DNA of 64,000 nt from Pirellulales bacterium (GTDB lineage: Bacteria; Planctomycetota; Planctomycetia; Pirellulales; JADZDJ01), in contig OY970289.1 of assembly GCA_963716135.1 (NCBI GenBank), forward strand, positions 3,256,274 to 3,320,273, in the 5' to 3' direction. The notes under the pieces are model-generated. The model was not told the origin of the DNA. It did not search any database and saw only the letters and a list, made by a program, of their open reading frames with translations. Numbering within the stretch: the first letter of the stretch is position 1; each line of letters opens with the position of its first letter. The position numbers and the translations under genes are program-made. Below, in pieces: positions 1 to 8,702 of the stretch.

Positions 1-2366
1 CTCGCAGCCGCGAAGTCTCCCTTAGCGGCTAAGGCCATCGTTAAGACCGTGACGAGTTCAGCATTTTGAAAACCATCGACTTCGCAAGCGAGCGTCGCCA
101 AATCGACTGCCCGATCGTAGTTGCGGAGTTGTGGATGCTGGGCTGCGACATAACTATCGACTAATTGGCGCAGTCGAAATCGATCGATTTTTTTCGCTCC
201 GTCGGTTTTCATCGCATGAACGAATATTTGATAGACAACTTCGCGGACGTCGGCGGCTTTGTCGTAGCTCTTCATCAGGATGTACTCGTTGAAGATGTTC
301 TGCAGCGGGTAGGCGCGTCGAATGGAGGTGGTATCAATGGCCTTCAGATTGGCATGCATGGGCTCCAGAGCCGCCAGCGCCCCTTCCGTATCGCCGGCTG
401 CCTGTAAGCTGTCCGCCAACCGCCAGACCGCGTACAAGCTGTCCACGTGTGTCGGTCCCAGAATTCGATTGCGCGCTTTGACGAGCTGCCGGAATACCTC
501 TGCCGCTTCCTGGAACCGTTTACTGTCATACAGGCACGATGCGTAGTTGTATGCCGCGAACATGGCGCGGGGGTCGTCCTCCCCCTTGACCTCGCGCAAT
601 CCTTTGGCGGCCGGCTCGGCAAACTGCAGGGCCTTTTCTTCTTGTCCCCGCCAGCGCAGCACCCAGGAATAGGTCACTTCGGTATTCAGCGTCAAAGGAT
701 GCCGTGGTCCCAAGGCGGCGAGCGCGGTTTGACACGCTTTTTCAGCGAATGCGATATCGTCCGGATCGTGCAGCTCCATCAGCACCAGGCCCAGATGAAT
801 TGAAGTATCGATTGCATCGGGATCTCCCGCGCCAAATATCTTGATTTGGTCGGAATACGCTGCCTTTAGCTCGTCCCTGGCTTTGGGATATTGATTGGTC
901 AAGTAGAGCGCGTGGCCCAAGTGGGAGCGGCACTTGAGCGTTGCGCGATCCAACGGCCCGTTTTGCTCGAGGTGGATAGCGTAGGCTTTTTCAAGCTGCT
1001 CGAGAGCTTGTTGCGGTTGATCGATCGTGCTGTACACCTCGCCGAAACGATCGCGAATGATGGCGCGTTGCTGGGGATCGTCGGGAAAGCGTTCGTCGAT
1101 TTTGCCACTCGATTTATCGAGCGCTTCCACCAGGCCAATTCCCGCGCGCCCGCCGCGATTGGGGTCGGCCTGGCCGAACACCGTATCGATGAAAAACGAG
1201 TTCACCCCTTCCGCGCGTTTTTGCTGCAATTCGGCCTTGGCCAGCGAGGTTTTGGCCGCCGCGGCTTCGCGCGAAGCAGAGGCGGCGAAGTACGACGACG
1301 TAACGACGCCCACCGTCAGGATTGCAAACACAGCTGTCGCCAGGCTTGCTATCACCGGGTTGCGCCGGCACCAACGCCAGGCCCGCTGAACGCGACCAAT
1401 CGGCCGCGCCTGAATCGGTTCTTTCCTTAGAAAGCGATTCAGATCATCGGCCAGGTCCTGCGCGGTTTGGTACCGCTTCGCCGGATCCTTCTGCAGACAT
1501 TTGAGCGTGATGGTTTCCAAATCGCGCGAAACAGTGGCTTTTAATTTCCGTGGGCTAGGCGGCTCTTCATTGAGAATCTGCACGATCAGCATCCGCGCAT
1601 CGCCCCGGAACGGAAGTTCCCCTGTAAGCAATTCGAACAAGATGACTCCCAGCGAATAAACATCGCTGCGTCGGTCGGCTCTGTACCCTTCTCCACGCGC
1701 CTGCTCCGGCGACATATAAGCCGGTGTCCCTAGTACCTGCCCTTCCACCGTCATGGCAATCTCGCCAGTTTCACGCCGGGCCAGCCCGAAATCGATCACA
1801 TGCGGCTCGCCCTCCCGGTCCAGCATGATGTTGCTCGGCTTCAAATCGCGGTGCACAACGCCCGCTTCATGCGCGTGGTGGAGCGCCTCGGCGATTTTTA
1901 CCACCAGTTCCGCGGATTCACGGGAAGTTAATTGCTGGCCGGTGAGCCATTCGCTGAGGTTAGCCCCATCGATGAAGTCGGTGACGATGAAGACGGTGTT
2001 ATCTTCACGCCCCACTTCATGCACGCCAGCAATCCGCGGATGATTCAATTGTGCCGCCGCCCGAGCGTCGCGCAGAAACACGTCCGTTTCTTTTGGATCG
2101 AGATCCCGCTGCCGCGGAATCTTAATGGCCACGATGCGCTGCAATTGCGTATCGCGGGCCTTCCACACGCTGCCGAAGCGGCCTGCTCCCACCTCTTGCA
2201 ACAGTTCGAAGTGCCCCAGCACTTGCACTCCAGGGCGGTATGCGCATGTGGCATCCACGCCAGTCAAGCTGAAGCTACTGCCGCACGCCGGACAGAGCAT
2301 ATCGGCCCAAGAGGCTTGCTCGACCGAATCGAACGGCACGTGGCAATGCGGACAGCGGATTTGCAT
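1..2366 (-). CDS. Ser/Thr protein kinase with N-terminal zinc-ribbon, one TM helix and C-terminal TPR-like helical repeats; 3' end runs off the left edge of the window
   Basis: The frame is open from base 1 to the ATG at 2366 and is not in the ORF track because there is no stop in the window. My translation gives MQIRCPHCHVPF..CPACG, GAGRFGSVWKA, VAIK, HRDLKPSNIML, DFGLA and GTPAYMSPEQ. These are followed by the TM segment VIASLATAVFAILTVGVVTS and helical repeats. Confidence 0.85.
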   Translation of the reverse strand, partial: MQIRCPHCHVPFDSVEQASWADMLCPACGSSFSLTGVDATCAYRPGVQVLGHFELLQEVGAGRFGSVWKARDTQLQRIVAIKIPRQRDLDPKETDVFLRDARAAAQLNHPRIAGVHEVGREDNTVFIVTDFIDGANLSEWLTGQQLTSRESAELVVKIAEALHHAHEAGVVHRDLKPSNIMLDREGEPHVIDFGLARRETGEIAMTVEGQVLGTPAYMSPEQARGEGYRADRRSDVYSLGVILFELLTGELPFRGDARMLIVQILNEEPPSPRKLKATVSRDLETITLKCLQKDPAKRYQTAQDLADDLNRFLRKEPIQARPIGRVQRAWRWCRRNPVIASLATAVFAILTVGVVTSSYFAASASREAAAAKTSLAKAELQQKRAEGVNSFFIDTVFGQADPNRGGRAGIGLVEALDKSSGKIDERFPDDPQQRAIIRDRFGEVYSTIDQPQQALEQLEKAYAIHLEQNGPLDRATLKCRSHLGHALYLTNQYPKARDELKAAYSDQIKIFGAGDPDAIDTSIHLGLVLMELHDPDDIAFAEKACQTALAALGPRHPLTLNTEVTYSWVLRWRGQEEKALQFAEPAAKGLREVKGEDDPRAMFAAYNYASCLYDSKRFQEAAEVFRQLVKARNRILGPTHVDSLYAVWRLADSLQAAGDTEGALAALEPMHANLKAIDTTSIRRAYPLQNIFNEYILMKSYDKAADVREVVYQIFVHAMKTDGAKKIDRFRLRQLVDSYVAAQHPQLRNYDRAVDLATLACEVDGFQNAELVTVLTMALAAKGDFAAA

Positions 2367-2505
2367 ATGCCACTCTCATAGGACGTCGATACCGGGTGAA
2401 CATAACCTCAGTGATTATCCGCTCTGCTCCAGGCATTGTAAATCTTTGGCATGCGGCGAAACGCTCAACCTGGACAATCATTTGGGCCGGAAAAGGCAGT
2501 CCCGG

Positions 2506-2650
2506 GTCTCATCAACCCAACCGTTTCTCGATTGTCCAAACAAACGACCGGATTTCTGAGACTGAAATCGCGTCTCGGGAACTCAGCCGTTTGATGACAC
2601 AGGCAGCTTAGTCGGACTGAGCCCCGAATTCGTTTCCGCGGGGCGCAGCA
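2506..2650 (-). repeat. Rep-A mosaic intergenic repeat, near full-length copy, inverted relative to the other copies
   Basis: The reverse complement reads ..gaattcggggctcag..ctgcctgtgtcatcaaacggctgagttcccgaga..ggtcgtttgtttggacaatcgagaaacggttgggttgatgagac. This aligns by eye with 41711-41890 and 63320-63445. Confidence 0.75.
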
Positions 2651-2835
2651 TCAAACCAATCTATTCGAGACTCAACGCGGCCGATTCAGCAAGTGATATA
2701 ATTACGACTGGTTGGCTTGCCGCACGACACAAATCTGCGATGGGCGTTACGCACGGTATTGATCGGCGACCGGCCGGGGCAGGCGGACTCCGCCATGATG
2801 GGTTCGACGTTCAACACAAAATGAGGTGACTTCCC

Positions 2836-4257
2836 ATGTTACTTAAATACTTCTACGACAAGTCGCTCGCCCACGCTTCCTACCTCGTCGGTTGCCAGAA
2901 GAGCGGCGAGGCGATTGTCGTTGATCCAGCCCGCGCCGTCGACCAGTATCTCGACGCGGCCAAGGCCGAGGGCCTGCGAATTGTCGGTTCAGCCGAAACG
3001 CACATTCACGCCGACTTTGTGTCAGGATCGCGCGAGTTGGCCGAACGCGTGGAATCCAAGCTCTATCTTTCCGACGAGGGTCCAAGCGACTGGAAGTATC
3101 TGTATGCCGGCCGCTATGAGTCGGCTCTCCTCAAGGATGGCGACAAGTTCTTTATCGGCAAGGTGAAATTCGAAGTCCTCCACACGCCAGGTCACACCCC
3201 GGAGAGCATTTCGTTCGTACTGACTGACGTTGGCGGCGGAGCCAATCTTCCGATGGGCATTTTCACCGGCGACTTCGTCTTCGTTGGCTCGGTCGGCAGG
3301 CCCGACCTGCTCGAAACCGCGGCAGGCGTCGTCGGGAGCGCCGAAGTCGGCGCGCGACAGCTCTACCACTCGACGCTCCGCTTTCGCGAATTGCCGGATC
3401 ACCTGCAGGTGTGGCCGGCGCACGGTGCGGGCAGCGCCTGTGGCAAGGGCCTGGGTGCCATCCCGTCGAGCACCGTGGGTTATGAGAAGCTCTTCAATCC
3501 GGCCCTGCAGTTCGACGAAGAACAGGAGTTCGTGGACTACATCCTGACCGATCAACCCGAAACGCCCTACTACTTCGCGGTGATGAAACGCGTCAACAAA
3601 ATGGGGCCGGAGCTGACGACAGACTTGTCGCCTGTCCTGGTAATCAGCCCGAGTGAACTGGGGGATACAGCAACCAAGAGCCTTGTCATCGACACCAGTG
3701 CCGCAGGTGAGTTTGCCAAATCGCATGTGCCAGGGACGATCAACGTGCCCGCGTCCAATCTCGTCCAGTGGGCCGGGTTCTTCGTGGATTACAACAAGTC
3801 GGCCTTGCTGATCGCCGACGAGGGATCGCTACCCGACCAACTGCGCAGCCTGCGGTCAATTGGAATCGACAATGTGGGAGGTTTCTTCGACGCGGGTGCC
3901 GTCAAGACGGCCGGCTTGAGGACGGAATCGTACCGATCCGCAACTCCGAGCGAGCTTCGCCCCAGCATCGACGACGGAGAGATGACGCTGGTCGACGTGC
4001 GCGCGGCGACGGAATATCAGGCGGGGCACATCGCCGGTTCTGAGCACCGATTCCTCGGCACACTATTGCGGAACATCGAAAGTCTGCGCAGCGACAAGCC
4101 AGTGGTGGCTCAATGCTTGGGGGGAGGTCGTTCTGCGATCGCAGCCAGCATCCTGCAGCGAGCCGGGTTCGACGTCGTCAACATGCAGGGCGGATACCAA
4201 GCCTGGGTCGAAGCCGGTTTGCCGGTCGTCCGAGAAGCGGCTACGGCTGTCGCCTGA
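2836..4257 (+). CDS. MBL-fold persulfide dioxygenase-like protein fused to two rhodanese domains
   Basis: 473 aa ORF with metal motif AETHIHADFVSG and LHTPGHTPES. The C-terminal rhodanese has the active-site loop CLGGGRS. A purine-rich stretch (aaaatgaggtga) lies upstream of the ATG. Confidence 0.85.
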   Translation: MLLKYFYDKSLAHASYLVGCQKSGEAIVVDPARAVDQYLDAAKAEGLRIVGSAETHIHADFVSGSRELAERVESKLYLSDEGPSDWKYLYAGRYESALLKDGDKFFIGKVKFEVLHTPGHTPESISFVLTDVGGGANLPMGIFTGDFVFVGSVGRPDLLETAAGVVGSAEVGARQLYHSTLRFRELPDHLQVWPAHGAGSACGKGLGAIPSSTVGYEKLFNPALQFDEEQEFVDYILTDQPETPYYFAVMKRVNKMGPELTTDLSPVLVISPSELGDTATKSLVIDTSAAGEFAKSHVPGTINVPASNLVQWAGFFVDYNKSALLIADEGSLPDQLRSLRSIGIDNVGGFFDAGAVKTAGLRTESYRSATPSELRPSIDDGEMTLVDVRAATEYQAGHIAGSEHRFLGTLLRNIESLRSDKPVVAQCLGGGRSAIAASILQRAGFDVVNMQGGYQAWVEAGLPVVREAATAVA

Positions 4258-4312
4258 ATCGCAGCCGAGTACAATCGCCTTAACGACCGTTCGACCGCAG
4301 GGAAGCCCTACG

Positions 4313-5134
4313 ATGCCATTTCTATCGCTGACTTTCGGTGCGGTGGTTGGCCTCTCGCTGGGTTTGACCGGAGGGGGCGGGGCAATTTTCGCGGTACCGC
4401 TGCTTGTCTACGGGCTGTCGATCGAGCCGCGGCAGGCGGTGGGAATCTCGCTCGCCGCCGTCGGGATGACTTCCGCGGTCGGATTCCTGCGACGCTGGAA
4501 AGCTGGTGAAGTGGAAGTCGCGACGGGATTGATGTTTGCCATGGCCGGAATGATCGGAGCACCGATCGGCTCCTGGGGGTCTGCTAGGATCCCCGAGTCC
4601 CTGCTGCTGACCTTGTTTGCGCTCTTAATGCTTGTGGTGGCAGTGCGCATGTGGCGCAAGGCGGGCTCGGCAAGCGATCCGCCAATTGGTGCGGCTGAGG
4701 ATGTCGCCGGGCCGACTTGCCGTCGAGACGCGGCAGGAAACCTCCATCTAACTTCTCCCTGCGCCGTGCTCCTAGCAAGTGTCGGCGTGCTGACTGGCGT
4801 CTTGGCGGGTTTGTTTGGCGTCGGTGGCGGATTCGTAATTGTACCGGCTCTGGTTCTATTTACCGGCATGGCGATTCACCGAGCCGTCGGCACATCGCTC
4901 TTGGTCATCACGCTGATCAGTGCTTCGGGAGTCGCGTCGCATCTTTGGGCAAGGCGCGAAATTCCTCTCGCCACAACCTTGTTCTTCGTAGCCGGCGGCG
5001 TCCTGGGGATGTTCGCCGGGATCTGGGCCAGTCGCTACCTGTCCGGGCCAGCGCTTCAGAAAGTCTTCGCGGTGGTGATCGTCGCCGTGGCGATTTTCGT
5101 AATCCTCCACACTACTCTCTACTTCAAATCGTGA
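4313..5134 (+). CDS. TauE/SafE (DUF81) family sulfite/anion exporter
   Basis: 273 aa polytopic protein. It has the duplicated Gly-rich motifs GLTGGGGAIFAVPLLVY and GLFGVGGGFVIVPALV. Confidence 0.85.
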   Translation: MPFLSLTFGAVVGLSLGLTGGGGAIFAVPLLVYGLSIEPRQAVGISLAAVGMTSAVGFLRRWKAGEVEVATGLMFAMAGMIGAPIGSWGSARIPESLLLTLFALLMLVVAVRMWRKAGSASDPPIGAAEDVAGPTCRRDAAGNLHLTSPCAVLLASVGVLTGVLAGLFGVGGGFVIVPALVLFTGMAIHRAVGTSLLVITLISASGVASHLWARREIPLATTLFFVAGGVLGMFAGIWASRYLSGPALQKVFAVVIVAVAIFVILHTTLYFKS

Positions 5135-5145
5135 GAAATACTGAA

Positions 5146-5628
5146 ATGGAATGGATCATGCAACCCTGGCCTTGGTGGATCTCGGGAGTCCTGATTGGAT
5201 TGACGGTGCCGCTACTTTATATCCTGGCCGGTAAAGCGTTCGGCATCTCAACGAGCCTGCAGCAAGTCGGAGCAATGTGCGCTCCCAACAGCCGGTTCGA
5301 GTATCTGTGTAAACACGATCGCCAAAGCCACCTGTGGACGCTGGTCTTCGCCATCGGCATTTTGATTGGTGGATTCGTCGCCAATCGTTTTCTAAGTGCG
5401 GAACCGGTTCAATTGCTCCCCGCATCGTTTTCGAGCACCTCGGGCGCAATCAAACTGCTGGTCGGCGGTTTCCTGATCGGCTTCGGTACGCGTTACGCGG
5501 GAGGTTGTACGTCGGGGCATTCCATCACGGGAATCGCCAACCTCAACTGGCCCAGTTTGTTAGCCACGATTTGCTTCTTCGCGGGCGGCTTGGCCGTGAC
5601 GTGGGGGCTCGGAAGTTTACTGTTCTAA
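5146..5628 (+). CDS. YeeE/YedE family sulfur-compound transporter component
   Basis: In-frame ATG at 5146 (MEWIMQPWPWW..). The longer track ORF 4717-5628 overlaps tauE out of frame. GTRYAGGCTSGH is the motif typical of YeeE/YedE. Confidence 0.8.
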   Translation: MEWIMQPWPWWISGVLIGLTVPLLYILAGKAFGISTSLQQVGAMCAPNSRFEYLCKHDRQSHLWTLVFAIGILIGGFVANRFLSAEPVQLLPASFSSTSGAIKLLVGGFLIGFGTRYAGGCTSGHSITGIANLNWPSLLATICFFAGGLAVTWGLGSLLF

Positions 5629-5644
5629 ATCTGCGGAGGCAGCC

Positions 5645-6109
5645 ATGGTTGAAAAGACACAGACAACTGCGAACGATAGACAATCACGCATGTCACCGTT
5701 CGTTTGTGCAAGCGTTCTGTTAGTCGGAGTCTATCTGGGCATTCTCTTTGTAAAATCAGAGGTCGCCGTGTGGAAACGCATCCACAACATGTTCTTGTTC
5801 AAAGAAGCGTACATGTACCTGATTATCAGCCTGGCCATCGCTGTGGCGATGCTTTCGATGTTTCTCATTAAGCGACTGGAGATCAAGTCGATGGATGGCA
5901 AGCCGATCAAGTACGAGCCCAAGCCTTACCACACCGGTGTCATCGTGGGCGGCATGCTGTTCGGCGCCGGCTGGGCGATCGCTGGTGCCTGCCCCGGACC
6001 AATCTACGCACAGATTGGTGCCGGCGCATGGATGGCTCTGTTCACGTTCGCCGGTGCGCTGCTCGGGATGTTTGCCTACGCCGCACTCAAGCCCAAGCTG
6101 CCTCACTGA
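5645..6109 (+). CDS. YeeE/YedE-like membrane protein (second half-transporter)
   Basis: 154 aa with 4 hydrophobic segments and the motif GAGWAIAGACPGP. It is adjacent to and co-oriented with 5146-5628. Confidence 0.8.
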   Translation: MVEKTQTTANDRQSRMSPFVCASVLLVGVYLGILFVKSEVAVWKRIHNMFLFKEAYMYLIISLAIAVAMLSMFLIKRLEIKSMDGKPIKYEPKPYHTGVIVGGMLFGAGWAIAGACPGPIYAQIGAGAWMALFTFAGALLGMFAYAALKPKLPH

Positions 6110-6374
6110 ATAGCGACTTGAACCCTGCACAACGATGCGGATGTCTTCGTTCGCTTCTCTGTAGTTTGTGACGCCGCCTGCATTTCTGAAGAATCCCGAC
6201 AAACCGGCACGCCGTGAAAGTCAGCGATCTCCCGTGGGTGCGAATCCCGGCCGGCCCATCGGGCACCGGAAGCAACCAGGGCGACATAAGGATCAAGCAG
6301 CCTGTGTCAGCAAGTCGTCAACGCGGTGAAACTCTCAACAACCGACCCGTTTACGAGAGCAGGGTTGATCCGTC

Positions 6375-6641
6375 TTAATGACTCCTTCTGAAAATGGCGT
6401 CCTCGAGCTCTTCGACTACTTCTTTTTGACCGGCTTCTTCAGCGCGCTGTATTGCGGTTTTTCCTCGACTGTCGCGCAAATAAATGTTTGCGCCATGGCT
6501 TAGTAAGAGTGCAACAATTGATATGACCCACACGGACCGTCCAAGTTCGTTTGGTGGATTCAAAATGGCTGGCATTACGACGTTGGCTTCTGGAAGGATT
6601 TCCAGTACGTTGATTGGGATCACAAAGCCGATGGGGCACAA
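6375..6641 (-). pseudogene. possible ankyrin-repeat remnant
   Basis: Only the C-terminal ~45 aa (ALLLSHGANIYLRDSRGKTAIQRAEEAGQKEVVEEL) looks like a single ANK repeat. The N-terminal half has no such pattern. Confidence 0.25.
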
Positions 6642-6716
6642 TTAATACGCCAACGGCATCGCTACAATCGCCTCGCCGACTGCAAAAATGCGTAAATTGA
6701 ATCTGGAGAATCTGCC

Positions 6717-7112
6717 ATGGCTGCCATTGAAACTGCCAAGGATTACCACACGGTCACACCGTATTTGATTGTGGAAAACGTGGCGCGGCTGATTGAGTTT
6801 TTGAGGGAGGCATTTGGCGGGACTGAGCGGATTCGCGTGCCAAGGGCCGATGGTTCGGTGATGCACGCCGAAGTGCAGATCGGCGATTCGATCGTTGCGA
6901 TGGGGGAGCCGACCGGCACCGTGAAAGCCATGCCGGCCTCGATATTTCTGCGGGTGCAGGATGCCGATGCGGCGTATCTCAAGGCACTTCAGGCCGGGGG
7001 CACTTCGGTGAGCGAGCCAAAGGATCAGCCGCATGCCGGCGAACGGTATGGGGGGGTGAAAGACCCGTGCGGCAATCTTTGGTGGCCGGCGGCAGCCATC
7101 GACGGGCACTAA
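6717..7112 (+). CDS. VOC (glyoxalase/bleomycin-resistance, PhnB-like) family protein
   Basis: 131 aa with TPYLIVENV..FLREAFG, HAEVQIGDSIVAM and GERYGGVKDPCGNLWW. Confidence 0.8.
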   Translation: MAAIETAKDYHTVTPYLIVENVARLIEFLREAFGGTERIRVPRADGSVMHAEVQIGDSIVAMGEPTGTVKAMPASIFLRVQDADAAYLKALQAGGTSVSEPKDQPHAGERYGGVKDPCGNLWWPAAAIDGH

Positions 7113-7196
7113 GCGCTGACACTCCCAATGCTGCCGGGTCGCAGGGTTTTGATTGTCTGAATGCCCGAAATCGTCTCAGCAACTCGTGAATGGCGG

Positions 7197-7345
7197 GACG
7201 TCCAATTAAACGACGGGATAATGAGACGACGTCACACGCTGCGGTGTGACCTGCTCAGTGTGCCGCGAACGGACGACCTGTCCATTTTCGAGCAGCGGTC
7301 GCTGACCCCGAAGGGATCAGCGGTCCCAGAAAGTCGTGGTTTTGC
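7197..7345 (-). repeat. Rep-B repeat, copy 1 (inverted relative to copies 2 and 3)
   Basis: The reverse complement aligns by eye with 8515-8690 and 14650-14800 (..ggtcagcgaccgctgctcgaaaatggacaggtcgtcc..caccgcagcgtgtgac..ctcattatcccgtcgttt). It contains the perfect hairpin gtcacac-gctgcg-gtgtgac. Confidence 0.8.
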
Positions 7346-7592
7346 GGGACTCCGAGAAAATGCCTAAGTTTGCGGGATTCAGCCAGGAAACCGCGACGAA
7401 GCTGGATGAGTGTGCTAATACTCGAGATGACTCGCACTCAAGTCACCATTCGAAAGCGGATCGATAAAATGATCAAATCTTTATTTGGCGAATCATGTTG
7501 GTGTTGATGCATCTATGCCCGATGGCTAGCATTTGCCGCGCGTTTCTTCCAACATCGTTTGCCTCGGACGATGCGGCTGGCTTGGTGTCAAG

Positions 7593-8546
7593 ATGATCAA
7601 ACTGGGCTTTGTGATTCTGTCGCATCGCTGTCCGGAGCAAACGCGGCGATTGATCGATCGACTGGTGACAATGTTCGATGGTCCGCCCATCGCTTGTCAC
7701 CACGATTTCAGCCAATCCCGCCTCGACGTTTGCGACCTTCCTGACACATTTCGCCTGGTGCAACCGCACCGGAAAACGGGATGGGCGGAATTTTCGATTG
7801 TTGAGGCCACTCTACTCGCTTTGCGTCTGCTGTATCAAACCGACCAGCCTCCGGATTGGTTTGCGGTGCTTAGTGGCGCCGATTATCCGATCAAACCCGC
7901 CGAGAAAATCCTGCAAGATTTGCAGGCGACGTCCGCTGATGCCCTAATGCGCTACCGATTGATCGACGGCAGCGCCCCGAGACCTACTTGGCAGCGGCAA
8001 CGCCTTCGCCGTTATCACCGCTGGGGTTGGCGGCTGCAGTTAGGCAAACCACCGCTGGGCTTTGAGAAAACATTCCGCCTGCCGTGGTACTTGTCAGGCC
8101 CGTTGCTGCCGTTTTCCAGAAAGTTTCGCTGCTTTGCCGGCTCGCATTTTTTCACGGCCAATGCCCGCTGCGCTGAACATTTGCTAGCAGCAACTCCGCA
8201 GCAGCGTCGGCTGGCGCGGCATTACGCCACGGTCTTTTGTCCGGAGGAATCGTTTTTTCAATGCCTGTTGTGCAATGCCCCGCAATTACGTGTTGTCAAC
8301 ACTTACTATCGGCATATCGATTGGAGCAATGGCGGTCCCCATCCCAAAACGTTGACATGCGACGATTTGCCGGAACTGACGGCTTCGCAGGCCCACTTCG
8401 CCAGAAAATTCGACATCCAACAAGATGCCGCGGTGCTGGACCGCCTGGACGAATTGATATTGCGCCCAGGCATTGCGATCGACGCCGGTGGTCTAGCAAA
8501 CTCTGGAGTCCGAAGGGTTCCTCAAACGGGACGGTATCATGAATGA
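7593..8546 (+). CDS. glycosyltransferase, core-2/I-branching (GT14)-like
   Basis: Start moved to MIKLGFVILSH, in frame with track ORF 7533-8546. The family call is from memory of the GT14 N-terminal pattern and LSGADYP, and has not been checked by search. Confidence 0.65.
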   Translation: MIKLGFVILSHRCPEQTRRLIDRLVTMFDGPPIACHHDFSQSRLDVCDLPDTFRLVQPHRKTGWAEFSIVEATLLALRLLYQTDQPPDWFAVLSGADYPIKPAEKILQDLQATSADALMRYRLIDGSAPRPTWQRQRLRRYHRWGWRLQLGKPPLGFEKTFRLPWYLSGPLLPFSRKFRCFAGSHFFTANARCAEHLLAATPQQRRLARHYATVFCPEESFFQCLLCNAPQLRVVNTYYRHIDWSNGGPHPKTLTCDDLPELTASQAHFARKFDIQQDAAVLDRLDELILRPGIAIDAGGLANSGVRRVPQTGRYHE

Positions 8547-8690
8547 TGACTTTCCGGTACCGCTGACGTCTCCCGGGTTAGCGACCGCTGCTCGAAAATG
8601 GACAGATCGTCCATTTGCGGCACACCGAGCGAGTCGCACCGCAGCGTGTCACCTCGTCTCATTATCCTGTCGTTTGTCGGAAATGTTAAG
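8515..8690 (+). repeat. Rep-B repeat, copy 2
   Basis: It overlaps the last codons of the GT14 gene. Roughly nine in ten positions match 14650-14820 by eye. Nested inverted repeats: gcgaccgctgctcg..tggac-agatc-gtcca..cgagcgagtcgc. Confidence 0.8.
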
Positions 8691-8702
8691 AAACCAACGA
8701 GT

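Noticed and set aside
3022-3726. Long antisense or out-of-frame ORFs inside confidently assigned genes (for example 3022-3726, 12987-13862, 16604-17284, 20157-20951, 23712-24284, 25466-26236, 27556-28137, 33582-34286, 39781-40296, 57422-57919, 60491-61078)
   Set aside because: These are typical shadow ORFs of GC-rich DNA. Their compositions are Arg/Ala/Gly/Pro-rich with no motifs, and each is fully contained in a gene with strong family signatures on the other strand or frame.
4717-5628. 303-aa version of the first YeeE/YedE gene
   Set aside because: Its first 143 codons overlap tauE in another frame and translate to Arg-rich nonsense. The YeeE-like sequence begins at the ATG at 5146.
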